64,000 nt of DNA from Cyanobacteria bacterium auto_48_18 (lineage in GTDB: Bacteria > Cyanobacteriota > Vampirovibrionia > Obscuribacterales > Obscuribacteraceae), in NCBI GenBank assembly GCA_036170915.1, contig JAVHQC010000022.1:287420-351419 (forward strand). The letters are read 5' to 3'. Both the position numbers and the translations under genes were made by a program. A model generated the notes under the pieces. The model searched no databases. It worked only from the letters and a program-made list of their open reading frames with translations, and was not told the DNA's origin. Shown here piece by piece: positions 1 through 9,714 of this stretch. Each line of letters begins with the position of its first letter. Position 1 is the first letter of the stretch.

Positions 1-50
1 GACCCGCACAATTGAAGGCTTACCGTCGCAGGAGGCGGAGCAAGAAATGA
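1..50 (+). CDS. 3' end of a probable DUF4258/BrnT-like toxin (truncated by window edge)
   Basis: Frame from base 3 reads PAQLKAYRRRRRSKK*, with its TGA overlapping the next ATG (ATGA, 47-50). The basic tail resembles small BrnT/DUF4258-like proteins I recall preceding FPPGW-type partners. Confidence 0.45.
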   Translation, partial: PAQLKAYRRRRRSKK

Positions 51-247
51 GCAACAAAGACTTTCCGCCCGGATGGAACCAAGATCGCGTAGAAAAATTA
101 CTAGCCCATTACGAGCAAATGGATGACGACGTTATGGTGGCTGAAGATGAGGCTGCGTCGGAGCTATCAGGGCAGACCCTCATGGTTGTTCCGACACAAT
201 ATGTGCCGGCGGTTCGAGAATTGATTGAGCGTAAAACTAGTGCGTAG
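47..247 (+). CDS. small acidic protein, putative antitoxin
   Basis: 66 aa with FPPGW...VEKLLAHYE...AEDEAA...VPAVRELI pattern; GGAG SD at 37-40; translationally coupled to the upstream basic ORF. Confidence 0.6.
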   Translation: MSNKDFPPGWNQDRVEKLLAHYEQMDDDVMVAEDEAASELSGQTLMVVPTQYVPAVRELIERKTSA

Positions 248-364
248 AGCACCTCATTAGTTGTTCACTGTCAAACACCTGCTAGATTAAGCAATTTATT
301 TGTTGCTAAAGTCTAGGGCCATTGCTTTAGACTGTGGATACCAAAAAATTTAGAGGCGTAGTCT

Positions 365-2299
365 ATGTGCGGCATTGCAGGAATATTCGGCTCAGGTGAC
401 CGAGACCTGGTAGAAATCATGCTTAATCAGCTGATTCACCGCGGGCCAGATGACGGTTTCATCGTTCATGACGACAATTTTGCCATGGGTGCTCGTCGCC
501 TCAGTATTCTCGATTTAGCTGGCGGTCGGCAACCGCTGTCTAATCAAAGTGGCTCAGTATGGGCCTCTCAGAACGGCGAACTTTATAACTATCAAGCCAA
601 GCTTGAAATGCTAAGGGCGCGCCAACATCAGTTTGTAACCAGATGCGACACCGAGATTTTGCCGCACCTTTACGAAGAATTTGCCGAAGATTTCGTTAAA
701 CATATCGATGGTATGTTCGCTGTAGCCATATGGGATACGGCGAAAAATTCAGGCATCTTGGCCCGTGACAGGCTAGGAAAGAAACCACTTTATTACACGC
801 AAATTGGCGATGTACTTTACTACGCCTCTGAAATCAAGGCACTGTTGCACGTGCCTGAATTTAAGCGCACAGTCAATTTAGAAGCATTGCATCACTATTT
901 AAGCTTCAAGCATGTACCTTCGCCGCAGACGATTTTCAATAATATTTACGCTTTACCTCCGGCTCATTATCTAGTTTACAAGCGCGGCCAAACCCCCAAG
1001 CCTGTGCGTTATTGGGATTTGTCATTCAAGACCAATGCTGATTTAGCAAAACTCGATGAGAGTGAGCTGGTAGATATTTTCCTTGATAAGTTCCGTCAGG
1101 CCATTGCCAAACGCGTGATTGCCGACGTACCTATTGGTTTCTTCCTCAGTGGCGGGCTTGATTCCAGCCTCGCTACGGCGGTGGCGGCCGAGTCTTCCAG
1201 CGATCCGATTAAGACTTTTACTTTGACTTACAAAGGCGATTCGAGCACCGCCGGTAAAGACTTAGATAAAGAGTGCGCTAAGTTTGTAGCGGCCAAATAT
1301 AAGACCGAGCATCACGAAGAAACTGTTGAATTCAGCCAGTTTCCAACAAACATCAAAAAGATTATTCGCTGCTTCGATGAACCGTTTTCAGGCACTGTTT
1401 CAACCTATTTTTTGGCACCATTAATCAGACAAAACGTTACTGTGGCTATCTCAGGAGACGGTGCTGATGAGCTTTTTGGTAGTTATCTCTCCCATCGTCT
1501 AGCCTCTCCCCTGGCCCAATGGCCTGACTATTTGAAGACGCAAGATAGCAGTGCGCTAAAACCTTTCGAAGAGCAAATCGACTATCTAAAGGGCCTTTAC
1601 GAGGTTAATGATTGGGCCTGGCGAGCCAAGCTTTTTGTCTTGAGCGATGAAGCCAAAGCCGAACTTTATTCTTCAAGCGTCGCTGAAAAAATGTCTAAAT
1701 TTAGTTCGCAATTGCTTTTACGCGATGACTTTTCTAAATTGACCGCCAATGCAAATGATGCCCTCAATCGCGTGCTCGAAGCCGAATACAAGACAATCTT
1801 CCCCGATCAGGTGCTGGCCTTTGTTGACAGGCTAAGCATGGCCCATTCACTAGAAGTGCGCAGCCCATATCTTGATACTGATGTGGCGGAATTTGTCGCT
1901 TCACTGCCAGGCAATGTCAAAATCAAAAATGGCGAGACCAAATATTTGCTCAAGCAAGCCGCCCTGCGCTTTCTACCAGAAGAAATGGTGAAGCGTAAAA
2001 AAGAAGGCTTTGTCATGCCGATTACTGATTGGCTGCTCAAAGATCTGCAAGGTTATGTGCGCGAGACCCTGAGCCCGAGCAGATTAGCTGCTCACGGATT
2101 GTTTGACAGCGGTAAAGTAGAGGCGCTGATGAATCAAATCTATAGCAACGATTCAGACTACCGCGAAGTCAATAAAATATACGCCCTGCTGGTTTTCCAA
2201 GAGTGGTACGACATTTATATGGGTTCTGCAAATAGCAATAGTAAAGAGCATGTGCTCAAAGTCGATTCTATGCGGGTGACGGCTGCGCTTTCGAAATAG
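365..2299 (+). CDS. asnB: asparagine synthase (glutamine-hydrolysing) family amidotransferase, probably glycan-amidating
   Basis: N-terminal MCGIAG (Ntn Cys), HRGPD, NGELYN, RDRLGKKPLYY, LSGGLDSS, SGDGADELF, RKKEGF; first gene of a sugar-modification operon. Confidence 0.93.
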   Translation: MCGIAGIFGSGDRDLVEIMLNQLIHRGPDDGFIVHDDNFAMGARRLSILDLAGGRQPLSNQSGSVWASQNGELYNYQAKLEMLRARQHQFVTRCDTEILPHLYEEFAEDFVKHIDGMFAVAIWDTAKNSGILARDRLGKKPLYYTQIGDVLYYASEIKALLHVPEFKRTVNLEALHHYLSFKHVPSPQTIFNNIYALPPAHYLVYKRGQTPKPVRYWDLSFKTNADLAKLDESELVDIFLDKFRQAIAKRVIADVPIGFFLSGGLDSSLATAVAAESSSDPIKTFTLTYKGDSSTAGKDLDKECAKFVAAKYKTEHHEETVEFSQFPTNIKKIIRCFDEPFSGTVSTYFLAPLIRQNVTVAISGDGADELFGSYLSHRLASPLAQWPDYLKTQDSSALKPFEEQIDYLKGLYEVNDWAWRAKLFVLSDEAKAELYSSSVAEKMSKFSSQLLLRDDFSKLTANANDALNRVLEAEYKTIFPDQVLAFVDRLSMAHSLEVRSPYLDTDVAEFVASLPGNVKIKNGETKYLLKQAALRFLPEEMVKRKKEGFVMPITDWLLKDLQGYVRETLSPSRLAAHGLFDSGKVEALMNQIYSNDSDYREVNKIYALLVFQEWYDIYMGSANSNSKEHVLKVDSMRVTAALSK

Positions 2300-2328
2300 A
2301 AATAGAAACTAGAAGTTTGAAACTAGAT

Positions 2329-3054
2329 ATGAACACAGAAACAAAGACTAAAACCCTTGCCGTGCTTCAACCCGGATATATTCCCTGGCTGGGTTTTTTT
2401 GACCAATTAGACCGATCTGACGTTTTTGTTTTTTACGATGATGTGCAATATGACAAAAACGGCTGGCGCAATCGCAATCGCATTAAGACACCAAATGGCC
2501 CCATGTGGCTCACTGTGCCCGTTAAAAGTGTGCGCCTTAGCCAATCGATTGTTGATACTGAAATTGATGACAGCCAACAGTGGCGCAAAAAACAAATCAA
2601 TACTATTGAGCAGTTTTACAAAAAGGCTCCCTACTTTCAGCAATACTTTGCTGAATTTCGCGACCTTTTAAGTAACCCCTGGGCCAATATTGCCGAATTA
2701 GACATCGCTGTAGTCAAATATTTAGCCGCCCAATTAGGGGTGACTACAACTCTATGCCGCTCTTCAGAGCTTGACATTAGTGGCGATAAAAATGAACGCT
2801 TACTCAATCTATGTCGACATTTTAATGTAAATCGCTATTTGACCGGCAATGCGGCTAAAACTTACCTGGCGACAGACCTTTTCGCCAATCAAGGTGTAGA
2901 AGTTTGTTGGCAAGATTATTTTCATCCAGAATATCCGCAACTCCACGGCGACTTTGTTCCATACTTGTCTACGCTGGATCTTCTGCTTAATTGCGGACCA
3001 GACAGCTTAGAAATACTACGCGGCAACAAGCGGCAACCGGAACACAGTACATGA
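2329..3054 (+). CDS. WbqC-family protein (putative amino-sugar N-aminoacyl/glycyl transferase)
   Basis: QPGYIPWLGFF, DDVQY, WRNRNRIK, WLTVPV, YPQLHG, STLDLLLN. ATG at 2329 chosen over TTG at 2317. Confidence 0.88.
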   Translation: MNTETKTKTLAVLQPGYIPWLGFFDQLDRSDVFVFYDDVQYDKNGWRNRNRIKTPNGPMWLTVPVKSVRLSQSIVDTEIDDSQQWRKKQINTIEQFYKKAPYFQQYFAEFRDLLSNPWANIAELDIAVVKYLAAQLGVTTTLCRSSELDISGDKNERLLNLCRHFNVNRYLTGNAAKTYLATDLFANQGVEVCWQDYFHPEYPQLHGDFVPYLSTLDLLLNCGPDSLEILRGNKRQPEHST

Positions 3055-4079
3055 AAACTATCTTAGTCACGGGTGGAGTAGGCTTCATTGGTTCAAACCT
3101 CGTAAGGCATCTCTACAAAAAATACCCTGATTACAAAATCGTCGTAGTAGACGCGCTTACCTACGCAGGCTCCATTCAAAACAGTCCAGACAACGCCTTT
3201 GGCTCTGACACTTATGAGTTCTGGTACGGTGATGTACGCAACGGCGAACTGATGGATACACTGGTTTCGCAAGCCGACGTGGTCGTGCATATGGCGGCCG
3301 AGTCGCACGTTACCAGGTCAATTTACGATAACCGCCTGTTTTTTGAAACCGATGTAATCGGTACGCAAACGGTGGCAAATGCGGTGGCAAAATTCTCCGA
3401 TCGCATAGAGCGCTTTATTCATATTTCTACTTCTGAAGTTTACGGTTCTGCTCTTTCAGAAAAAATGGATGAAGATCATCCGCTCAACCCCATGAGCCCA
3501 TATGCCGCCGCTAAGTGTGGTGCCGATCGCCTCGTCTACTCTTACTGGAGCACTTACAACATTCCCGCTGTAATTGTTCGACCATTCAATAATTATGGCC
3601 CCAGCCAGCATTTAGAAAAAGCAGTGCCACGCTTTATTACCAGCTGTTTGCTAGACGAACCGCTAACAGTGCACGGTGACGGGTCTGCCGCCCGCGACTG
3701 GTTGTTTGTTGAAGATCACTGTGATGCATTAGATGCCATCATCCATGCTCCTAAAGAAAAAGTTGTGGGCAAGACCATTAATATCGGCACTGGCGAGCAC
3801 AAGTCGGTAAAAGAAATAGCTGAGGCTATTGTGCAAATCATGAAACCAAAAGTTTCGAAAATCGAATTTATTGGTGATCGCCCAGGTCAGGTTTTCCGCC
3901 ACACTTGCGATGCCACTCAGGCCCGCGAGCTGCTTGGCTGGGCACCGAAGACTTCATTTGAAGATGGCCTTGCTAAAACAATTGAATTTTACGAGAAAAA
4001 TCCAGAGTGGTGGAAACCACAAATGTGGATGCGCCACATTCCGATTGTCACCGCTTCAGGTAAGAAGGAAATGCACTGA
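3051..4079 (+). CDS. NAD-dependent NDP-sugar dehydratase/epimerase, RmlB (dTDP-glucose 4,6-dehydratase)-like
   Basis: GGVGFIG, DALTYAG, AAESHV, YAAAK, NNYGP. ATG at 3051 overlaps the WbqC stop. STSEVYG replaces RmlB's STDEVYG. Confidence 0.85.
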   Translation: MKTILVTGGVGFIGSNLVRHLYKKYPDYKIVVVDALTYAGSIQNSPDNAFGSDTYEFWYGDVRNGELMDTLVSQADVVVHMAAESHVTRSIYDNRLFFETDVIGTQTVANAVAKFSDRIERFIHISTSEVYGSALSEKMDEDHPLNPMSPYAAAKCGADRLVYSYWSTYNIPAVIVRPFNNYGPSQHLEKAVPRFITSCLLDEPLTVHGDGSAARDWLFVEDHCDALDAIIHAPKEKVVGKTINIGTGEHKSVKEIAEAIVQIMKPKVSKIEFIGDRPGQVFRHTCDATQARELLGWAPKTSFEDGLAKTIEFYEKNPEWWKPQMWMRHIPIVTASGKKEMH

Positions 4080-5218
4080 TGTCAGCTCAAGCTCAAGCCG
4101 TTGCTTTTTTTATGCACGATCTCGGTCAGTCAGAAATTGACGCCATCACTAAAGTGTTCGCCGGCCCAATTCTGACAACCGGAGCCACGGTAGGTGAGTT
4201 TGAGAAACAATTCTCTAAACTTCTAAACTGCAAATACACCCTGGGCGTAACAAGTTGCACCGGCGCTTTGCACATGTCACTTCTGGCACTTGGTGTCGGT
4301 CCTGGTGATGAAGTAATCACCACACCAATGACATTTATCGCTTCTTCAACAGCCATTCTTGAAGCTGGAGCCACACCGGTTTTCATTGATGTCGAAGCTG
4401 AAACAGGCAATCTAGATGCCACAAAAATTGAAGCGGCCATAACCTCTAAAACCAAAGCCATACTGCCAGTGCATTTGTTCGGTCAAATGTGCGATATGAA
4501 AGCAATTCGTAAAATTGCCGATAAGCACGGGCTGTTTGTCATTGAAGACGCCGCTCACTGTGTTGAAGGCGAGCGTGACGGCATCAAACCTGGTCAGCTG
4601 GGCGACACTGCGTGTTTCTCATTTTATGCCACCAAAAATTTGACCTGCGGCGAAGGTGGTGCCGTTGTCACCAATAGCGATGATCTTTATCAAAAGCTCG
4701 TACTGCTGCGCACTCACGGCATGACTAAAACTGCTGCCGACAGGTCTGTTGAAGGCTATAAGCACTGGGATATGAAAGTGCTGGGCTGGAAATACAATAT
4801 GGATAACATTCAGGCGGCAATTTTATTGCCTCAAATTGAAAGGTTGCCTGCCAGCTGGGATAAGCGCGAGAAGTTAGCTCAGTACTATGAAAGCCGACTG
4901 GCTGGAATTAAGGGCGTGAGCAGACCGTCTAATCATGCAGGGGTAAAGCACGCCTGGCATTTGTATCCGGTCTGGATTTCTGGCGGCAAGCGCGACCACT
5001 TCATCGAACAGTTGCAGCGGCGTGGCATTGGCGTAATGGTCAACTACAGAGCCATTCACTTGCTCACCTATTTTAAAGAAACGCTCGGAGTTGAAGCGGG
5101 TGCGTTTCCTGTCGCTGAGAATATTGGCGATTCTACAATTTCGCTGCCTTTCTACCCGGGCATGCCGTTTTCAGACGTTGATCTGGTGGTGGCGGCTCTA
5201 AGAGAAATCGCGGCGTGA
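4079..5218 (+). CDS. DegT/DnrJ/EryC1/StrS PLP-dependent sugar aminotransferase (ArnB-like)
   Basis: GPGDEVIT, PVHLFG, IEDAAH, SFYATKNLTCGEGG, GWKYNM; 1-nt overlap with the upstream gene. Confidence 0.92.
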   Translation: MSAQAQAVAFFMHDLGQSEIDAITKVFAGPILTTGATVGEFEKQFSKLLNCKYTLGVTSCTGALHMSLLALGVGPGDEVITTPMTFIASSTAILEAGATPVFIDVEAETGNLDATKIEAAITSKTKAILPVHLFGQMCDMKAIRKIADKHGLFVIEDAAHCVEGERDGIKPGQLGDTACFSFYATKNLTCGEGGAVVTNSDDLYQKLVLLRTHGMTKTAADRSVEGYKHWDMKVLGWKYNMDNIQAAILLPQIERLPASWDKREKLAQYYESRLAGIKGVSRPSNHAGVKHAWHLYPVWISGGKRDHFIEQLQRRGIGVMVNYRAIHLLTYFKETLGVEAGAFPVAENIGDSTISLPFYPGMPFSDVDLVVAALREIAA

Positions 5219-6957
5219 TACCAAATGTGGTGCGGAAAGCAAAGCGTTTTGTCAACGGTTTGCTGGCGCCCGAAGTTACCTCTGCCTTGCCGAACATCGC
5301 CGGTGAGGCTTTATTTGATACTGATTTTGGTTTTGCTTTTAGCTTTGAATGTCCGGGCGGCGAGCGGCCCCTGCTCGGTATTGAGTTTGATTTGCTGATT
5401 GAAAAAATTGAGCATGGTGCAAAACCTGATGCTCAATTGTTGTTGCCATATTTATGTGCAGAAATTCTTGAAAATAGAATCGAAGCAAACTATCGCCTGG
5501 CTCAAGCCTGTTTCAAAAGCGATAATCTAACTGATGCAAAAACCTTCATAGATCGCACCTGGCGCCTTTGTGGCGGCCGGCCTATTTTTCTTCCCCTTCT
5601 GCTTAAAATCAATAGTGCTACTGGTCATATAGAAGCGATTCGCTCAGCTTATAAAACCTTGGGCATGACAGCAGCGGGCCAGGGCGAGATCGAGAGTGCT
5701 ATTGCTTATTTCGACCTCTGGCATTACGCGGCCATGACTTATGCCAGAGAAGATAGATACGAAATAGACGCTGATATTATTGCTGCTATCGACAGATTAG
5801 CTGCGCCTTTCAGGTCAGCCCAAGCTGCTGCTACAGCCAGAAGTGGAAAAATTAGAGTTGGTTATTATCTTCGCGGTGTAGTTGAACTCAATTCGGTGCT
5901 GCTTAAAATCAGTCACGTCTTGATCAACTTGCATGACAAAGAGCAATTTGAAATTGTGGCGATTGTGCCTGAAACAGTAGAAGAGGTGAGGCGCTCACCT
6001 CAGGGCCTAGAGCATGTGGAGCGCCTGAAAGCCAGCGGATGCGAGGTGCTTTGCAATAGTTTTGTCGAACTACCCAAAGGCCATGTAGTTGAGTCTTTAA
6101 CCGGTTTAGCCAGACAGATTGAACAAGCAAATCTGGATATTCTCGTCACCAGTGCCTCACTGGTTGATTTTTCAACTTGTTTCATCACTGCCCTGAAACC
6201 TGCGCCCAAGCTGCTTGGTTTGGTACAGGGGCCGCCCGGTCAGTTCTCGCATCCTCAATTAGATTGGTCGATTGCCTGGTCAAAACATCCGCTTATGGAT
6301 AGCCCCTGCAATTCTACTTTGGTAGAGCTGAAGATGACCGGCAAGCCGCCTGAGGTAACTTCGCCGGCAAGTAAACAAGATTTGCTTGTGCCGGAGAATG
6401 CCCGAGTGCTGATGAGCAGCGGCCGGTTTGCTAAGTTTCAAGATCGCCAGCAATGGCAGGCGATAAGCGAAATGCTTGTGGAAAACGACAATTTATATTA
6501 TGTGGTTGTAGGCACTCTTGCTGAGCAGATTTTAGACTTTGAGAGTATGGTAGCGCCGGCGGTGCGCGAGCGAGTTAAGTTTTTAGGATGGCGCACTGAT
6601 TTTCACAGGCTGGTTGCCTTAGCCGATGTATTACTAGACACGTATCCATCAGGTGGTGGGCAGGTAATTGTAGAGGCCATGGCACAGGGGATTCCGGTGG
6701 TTGCACACCGCAATGATTTTCTAAAGGAGTTTGCTCAGACAAGCTGGTCGCCGGTAGAAGATTTTGTCAGAGATGATGAGTTGCTTGTGCGGCGCGGCGA
6801 TTTTGAGGCACTAAAAGCCATTGTGCGCAAACTTTTGAGTGATGATGCAGCCTGGCAGCGCGCCTCTGCTTCGTGCAAGAACAGTATGGCTGGAGCCGAC
6901 CCTTTAGACGGCCTGAGGCAGTGCGAAGCAGTTTATAAAATGGTGGCAGGAAGATAA
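5215..6957 (+). CDS. glycosyltransferase with N-terminal TPR-like helices, GT41 (OGT/SPINDLY/HMW1C)-like
   Basis: KIRVGYY, LHDKEQFEIV, NLDILV, KPAP and DVLLDTYPSGGG..VEAMAQGIPVV follow the GT41 catalytic-domain motif order. Confidence 0.7.
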   Translation: MIPNVVRKAKRFVNGLLAPEVTSALPNIAGEALFDTDFGFAFSFECPGGERPLLGIEFDLLIEKIEHGAKPDAQLLLPYLCAEILENRIEANYRLAQACFKSDNLTDAKTFIDRTWRLCGGRPIFLPLLLKINSATGHIEAIRSAYKTLGMTAAGQGEIESAIAYFDLWHYAAMTYAREDRYEIDADIIAAIDRLAAPFRSAQAAATARSGKIRVGYYLRGVVELNSVLLKISHVLINLHDKEQFEIVAIVPETVEEVRRSPQGLEHVERLKASGCEVLCNSFVELPKGHVVESLTGLARQIEQANLDILVTSASLVDFSTCFITALKPAPKLLGLVQGPPGQFSHPQLDWSIAWSKHPLMDSPCNSTLVELKMTGKPPEVTSPASKQDLLVPENARVLMSSGRFAKFQDRQQWQAISEMLVENDNLYYVVVGTLAEQILDFESMVAPAVRERVKFLGWRTDFHRLVALADVLLDTYPSGGGQVIVEAMAQGIPVVAHRNDFLKEFAQTSWSPVEDFVRDDELLVRRGDFEALKAIVRKLLSDDAAWQRASASCKNSMAGADPLDGLRQCEAVYKMVAGR

Positions 6958-7973
6958 TGCACCTTCCCAGAACAATTGCAGCATTTATTGTATTTTTGAT
7001 GCTTTGTAGTGCAGTAATTTTGTCGCCGCCCAGATTTGGCGAGCAATCAGGTTATGCCGCTTTGATCGACAAGCATGCCCGATTGGCGGAAATCACTTCA
7101 CCTAAAATCGTACTAGTGGGCGGTTCAAATGTAGCTCTCGGTATCGATAGCACTGTAATTGAGAATGTAATGAGCCGTCCGGTTGTTAACATGGGCTTTG
7201 GCTGCATTCTGGGTTTGCGCTACATGCTCGAGGAGGTCAAAGGCAATTTGTCACCAGGCGATATTGTGGTGATAATGCCTGAGTATGATTTCTTTTGTGT
7301 GACCACTAATCTGGAATCAAATGCCAGAGTCAATGGCAGCAGCGCATTACTTAATTTGGTTCTGGTATTTCCGCAAGCAAGCCAGTGGGTGCTACGCACG
7401 TATGCGAGTGCCCCGGAAAGAGTTTTTGACTTCATTTATGACTGCCGGCGCCTTGTTTTAGCAAAGGTGGAGTTTTATCAGCGCGTTTTGCGCAGTCGTT
7501 ACGACAAGACTTTTCCAAAAACGGAAGACCTTTTGGGCGGTGCCATCAACATGTATGATCACCGTGAGGCCTATAATTCACATGGTGATATGACTGCACA
7601 TTTGCAGAAAAAATCGCCAGGTCTTAATGGCATGGAAGTTATTGCTTACGGCAACTATACTTTTAACGATGAAGCTGGTGAAGTAGTGCGGAAATTTGCC
7701 CAGTTTGCGCTTGAAAAAAATGTGCGTGTAGTGGTGGCACCACCTCCTCTTCCGGAGCGGGTATACAAAAAGTATAAAACCCGTGCGGACGATATCTTCG
7801 CGCACTGGCAGAAGATACCAAATGTGGAAGTAATAGGCTCGCCTGAACAGTTTTCCTTTCCTGAAAACTACTTTTTTGATACTGCTTATCATTTAACTAA
7901 ATTTGGTCGCAATTTAAGGTCAGAACTAGTCGCGCAAGAACTTTTCAAGTTAGCGCCGGCAAGTCACCTTTGA
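6957..7973 (+). CDS. membrane-anchored SGNH-like protein (DltD/AlgJ-like)
   Basis: N-terminal hydrophobic anchor, VLVGGSN block I, VVNMG, C-terminal FFDTAYHL. Confidence 0.6.
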   Translation: MHLPRTIAAFIVFLMLCSAVILSPPRFGEQSGYAALIDKHARLAEITSPKIVLVGGSNVALGIDSTVIENVMSRPVVNMGFGCILGLRYMLEEVKGNLSPGDIVVIMPEYDFFCVTTNLESNARVNGSSALLNLVLVFPQASQWVLRTYASAPERVFDFIYDCRRLVLAKVEFYQRVLRSRYDKTFPKTEDLLGGAINMYDHREAYNSHGDMTAHLQKKSPGLNGMEVIAYGNYTFNDEAGEVVRKFAQFALEKNVRVVVAPPPLPERVYKKYKTRADDIFAHWQKIPNVEVIGSPEQFSFPENYFFDTAYHLTKFGRNLRSELVAQELFKLAPASHL

Positions 7974-7995
7974 TGAGAACTGTGGTTGCAAACCG

Positions 7996-9714
7996 ATGAC
8001 TAACATTCTGGCATGGCGTAAACAACCTTTTGTTCTGGCAGTGCTGTTAGTGGGTGCTCTGACATTATTTGTGCGTATAGTTTTTGTTCAAACCTTTAAA
8101 ACCAATGATGATGTTGGCCTCTCCATGATCTGTTCCGGTTGCGGTTATTCAGATACACCCGACCCACACTTGATGTTTACCAATATTTTGCTGGGCCGGG
8201 CCTTAGCCGGACTGTACACGATTTTTCCGAACGTTGCCTGGTACGGGCACTATCTGTTGATTGCAAATATTGTTGGCCTGACAGCGGCCGTCACCGCCCT
8301 ACTGAGAAAACGAGCTACGGCCGTTTCCATTTCTCTAGTGCTGATCTTTTTCCTAGCTGTTGGTTTAAATAATCTCGTGCTTTTGCAGTTTACCACCGCG
8401 GCCTGTATGGTCTCCCTGGGCGGTGTGGCAATGATTCTAAGTTGGTTGGACGATGACATACCGCTATCACCCCGAGGGCTGGCTCGACCAGCTATAGCTA
8501 TTCTTTTGCTGATTATCGGTTCTCTAATTAGATTTGAAAGCTCATTATTGATTGCCATTCTGGCGGCCCTGGTTTTTGCAGTGAAATATTTGCTCGGCGA
8601 TAATTTCAGTCTTTTTCGTCAGGCAAGGAGCTTTATTGCCTCTGCCGGCGTCATCTTCATGGCCGTCTGTGCGGCGCTGGCATTGCATCTGTATAATGGC
8701 TGGGAGTACCGCCAGGCGCCGGGTTGGGAAGACTTTTACTCAGCCAATGTTTTGAAGTGCGATTTTGTTGACTATGGCTATGGCCGCTCTTGCTCTGATG
8801 AAAAAAAGAAAGAAGCGCAGAGGGCGGCCAATTGGACAGACAATGACTTATTGCTGGCGCAAAATCTCTTTTGTTTAGACACTGACAGATTTTCGGAAAA
8901 GCGAATGCTCGCGGCGACACAAGTATTACGAGGCACAAACTATTCTTCTCTGCTTGAAGTTTTTAAAGACTTTGCCCAAGTCTTTGAAAATAAAATGATT
9001 GTGCCTATTTTAATCACCTCTCTTTTACTCTTCGCTGTCTATCAAAGTTCATCTCTCAGTAGAAAAAGATTAGCGGTGCTCGCCCTTCTAATCATTGGGC
9101 TAATGTTGACGTTGCTGGTCACGCTAAAACTGCCTGAACATGTTTATTTCCCCATTTTTTCATTCTTCTTGTTTGTTTTGCTCTATCACATTGACGCCGA
9201 AGCGTTGAGAGAAAAGTTTGTTCGCTCCAAATTACGACTACCTGTGTCGCTTGCAGCCTGCGTTATGGCCTGCGTGCTTTTGTATATGGCTCACCAAAAC
9301 TATTTTGTCAGAGGACAAAATATTCAAGCCCAAAATCTCTTGTTGAGGAAAGCAATCAATGATCTAAAACCAGATGCGCAAAATTTATACATTGTCTGGC
9401 GAGACTTCTTTCCGTATGAATATGTTCTGCCGTTCAATAACATCAGGAGCTATTTCAAAAATTTCAAAATCTTGCCCTTAGCATTTCGTGCCAGTGCACC
9501 ACTTGCGGCCAATAGAATGAAGCAGTTTGGTCTGAATTTGGATAACCTTGGCACGCAGCTGACAAACAAAAATATTTTCTTGATCAGCGGAGATGAGCTT
9601 AATCCACTGATGGTGACATACCTGCGTGAGCATTATGGTCTGGACGCCAAACTGAAACTATGTCGGGAGTATCCAGAAGTTAGATTGCGCGTTTATCAAA
9701 TTGTGAGGCTTTAA
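7996..9714 (+). CDS. multi-pass membrane protein, candidate GT-C-fold transferase (paralog 1)
   Basis: About 10-12 hydrophobic segments; TNDD after TM1, LQFTTAA, IRFES, WTDND; shares these motifs with 22818-24548 and 26177-28447. Confidence 0.6.
   Translation: MTNILAWRKQPFVLAVLLVGALTLFVRIVFVQTFKTNDDVGLSMICSGCGYSDTPDPHLMFTNILLGRALAGLYTIFPNVAWYGHYLLIANIVGLTAAVTALLRKRATAVSISLVLIFFLAVGLNNLVLLQFTTAACMVSLGGVAMILSWLDDDIPLSPRGLARPAIAILLLIIGSLIRFESSLLIAILAALVFAVKYLLGDNFSLFRQARSFIASAGVIFMAVCAALALHLYNGWEYRQAPGWEDFYSANVLKCDFVDYGYGRSCSDEKKKEAQRAANWTDNDLLLAQNLFCLDTDRFSEKRMLAATQVLRGTNYSSLLEVFKDFAQVFENKMIVPILITSLLLFAVYQSSSLSRKRLAVLALLIIGLMLTLLVTLKLPEHVYFPIFSFFLFVLLYHIDAEALREKFVRSKLRLPVSLAACVMACVLLYMAHQNYFVRGQNIQAQNLLLRKAINDLKPDAQNLYIVWRDFFPYEYVLPFNNIRSYFKNFKILPLAFRASAPLAANRMKQFGLNLDNLGTQLTNKNIFLISGDELNPLMVTYLREHYGLDAKLKLCREYPEVRLRVYQIVRL

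Noticed and set aside
2991..3050. N-terminal extension of the dehydratase ORF
   Set aside because: Overlaps WbqC; ATG 3051 (MKTILVTGG) is the natural start.
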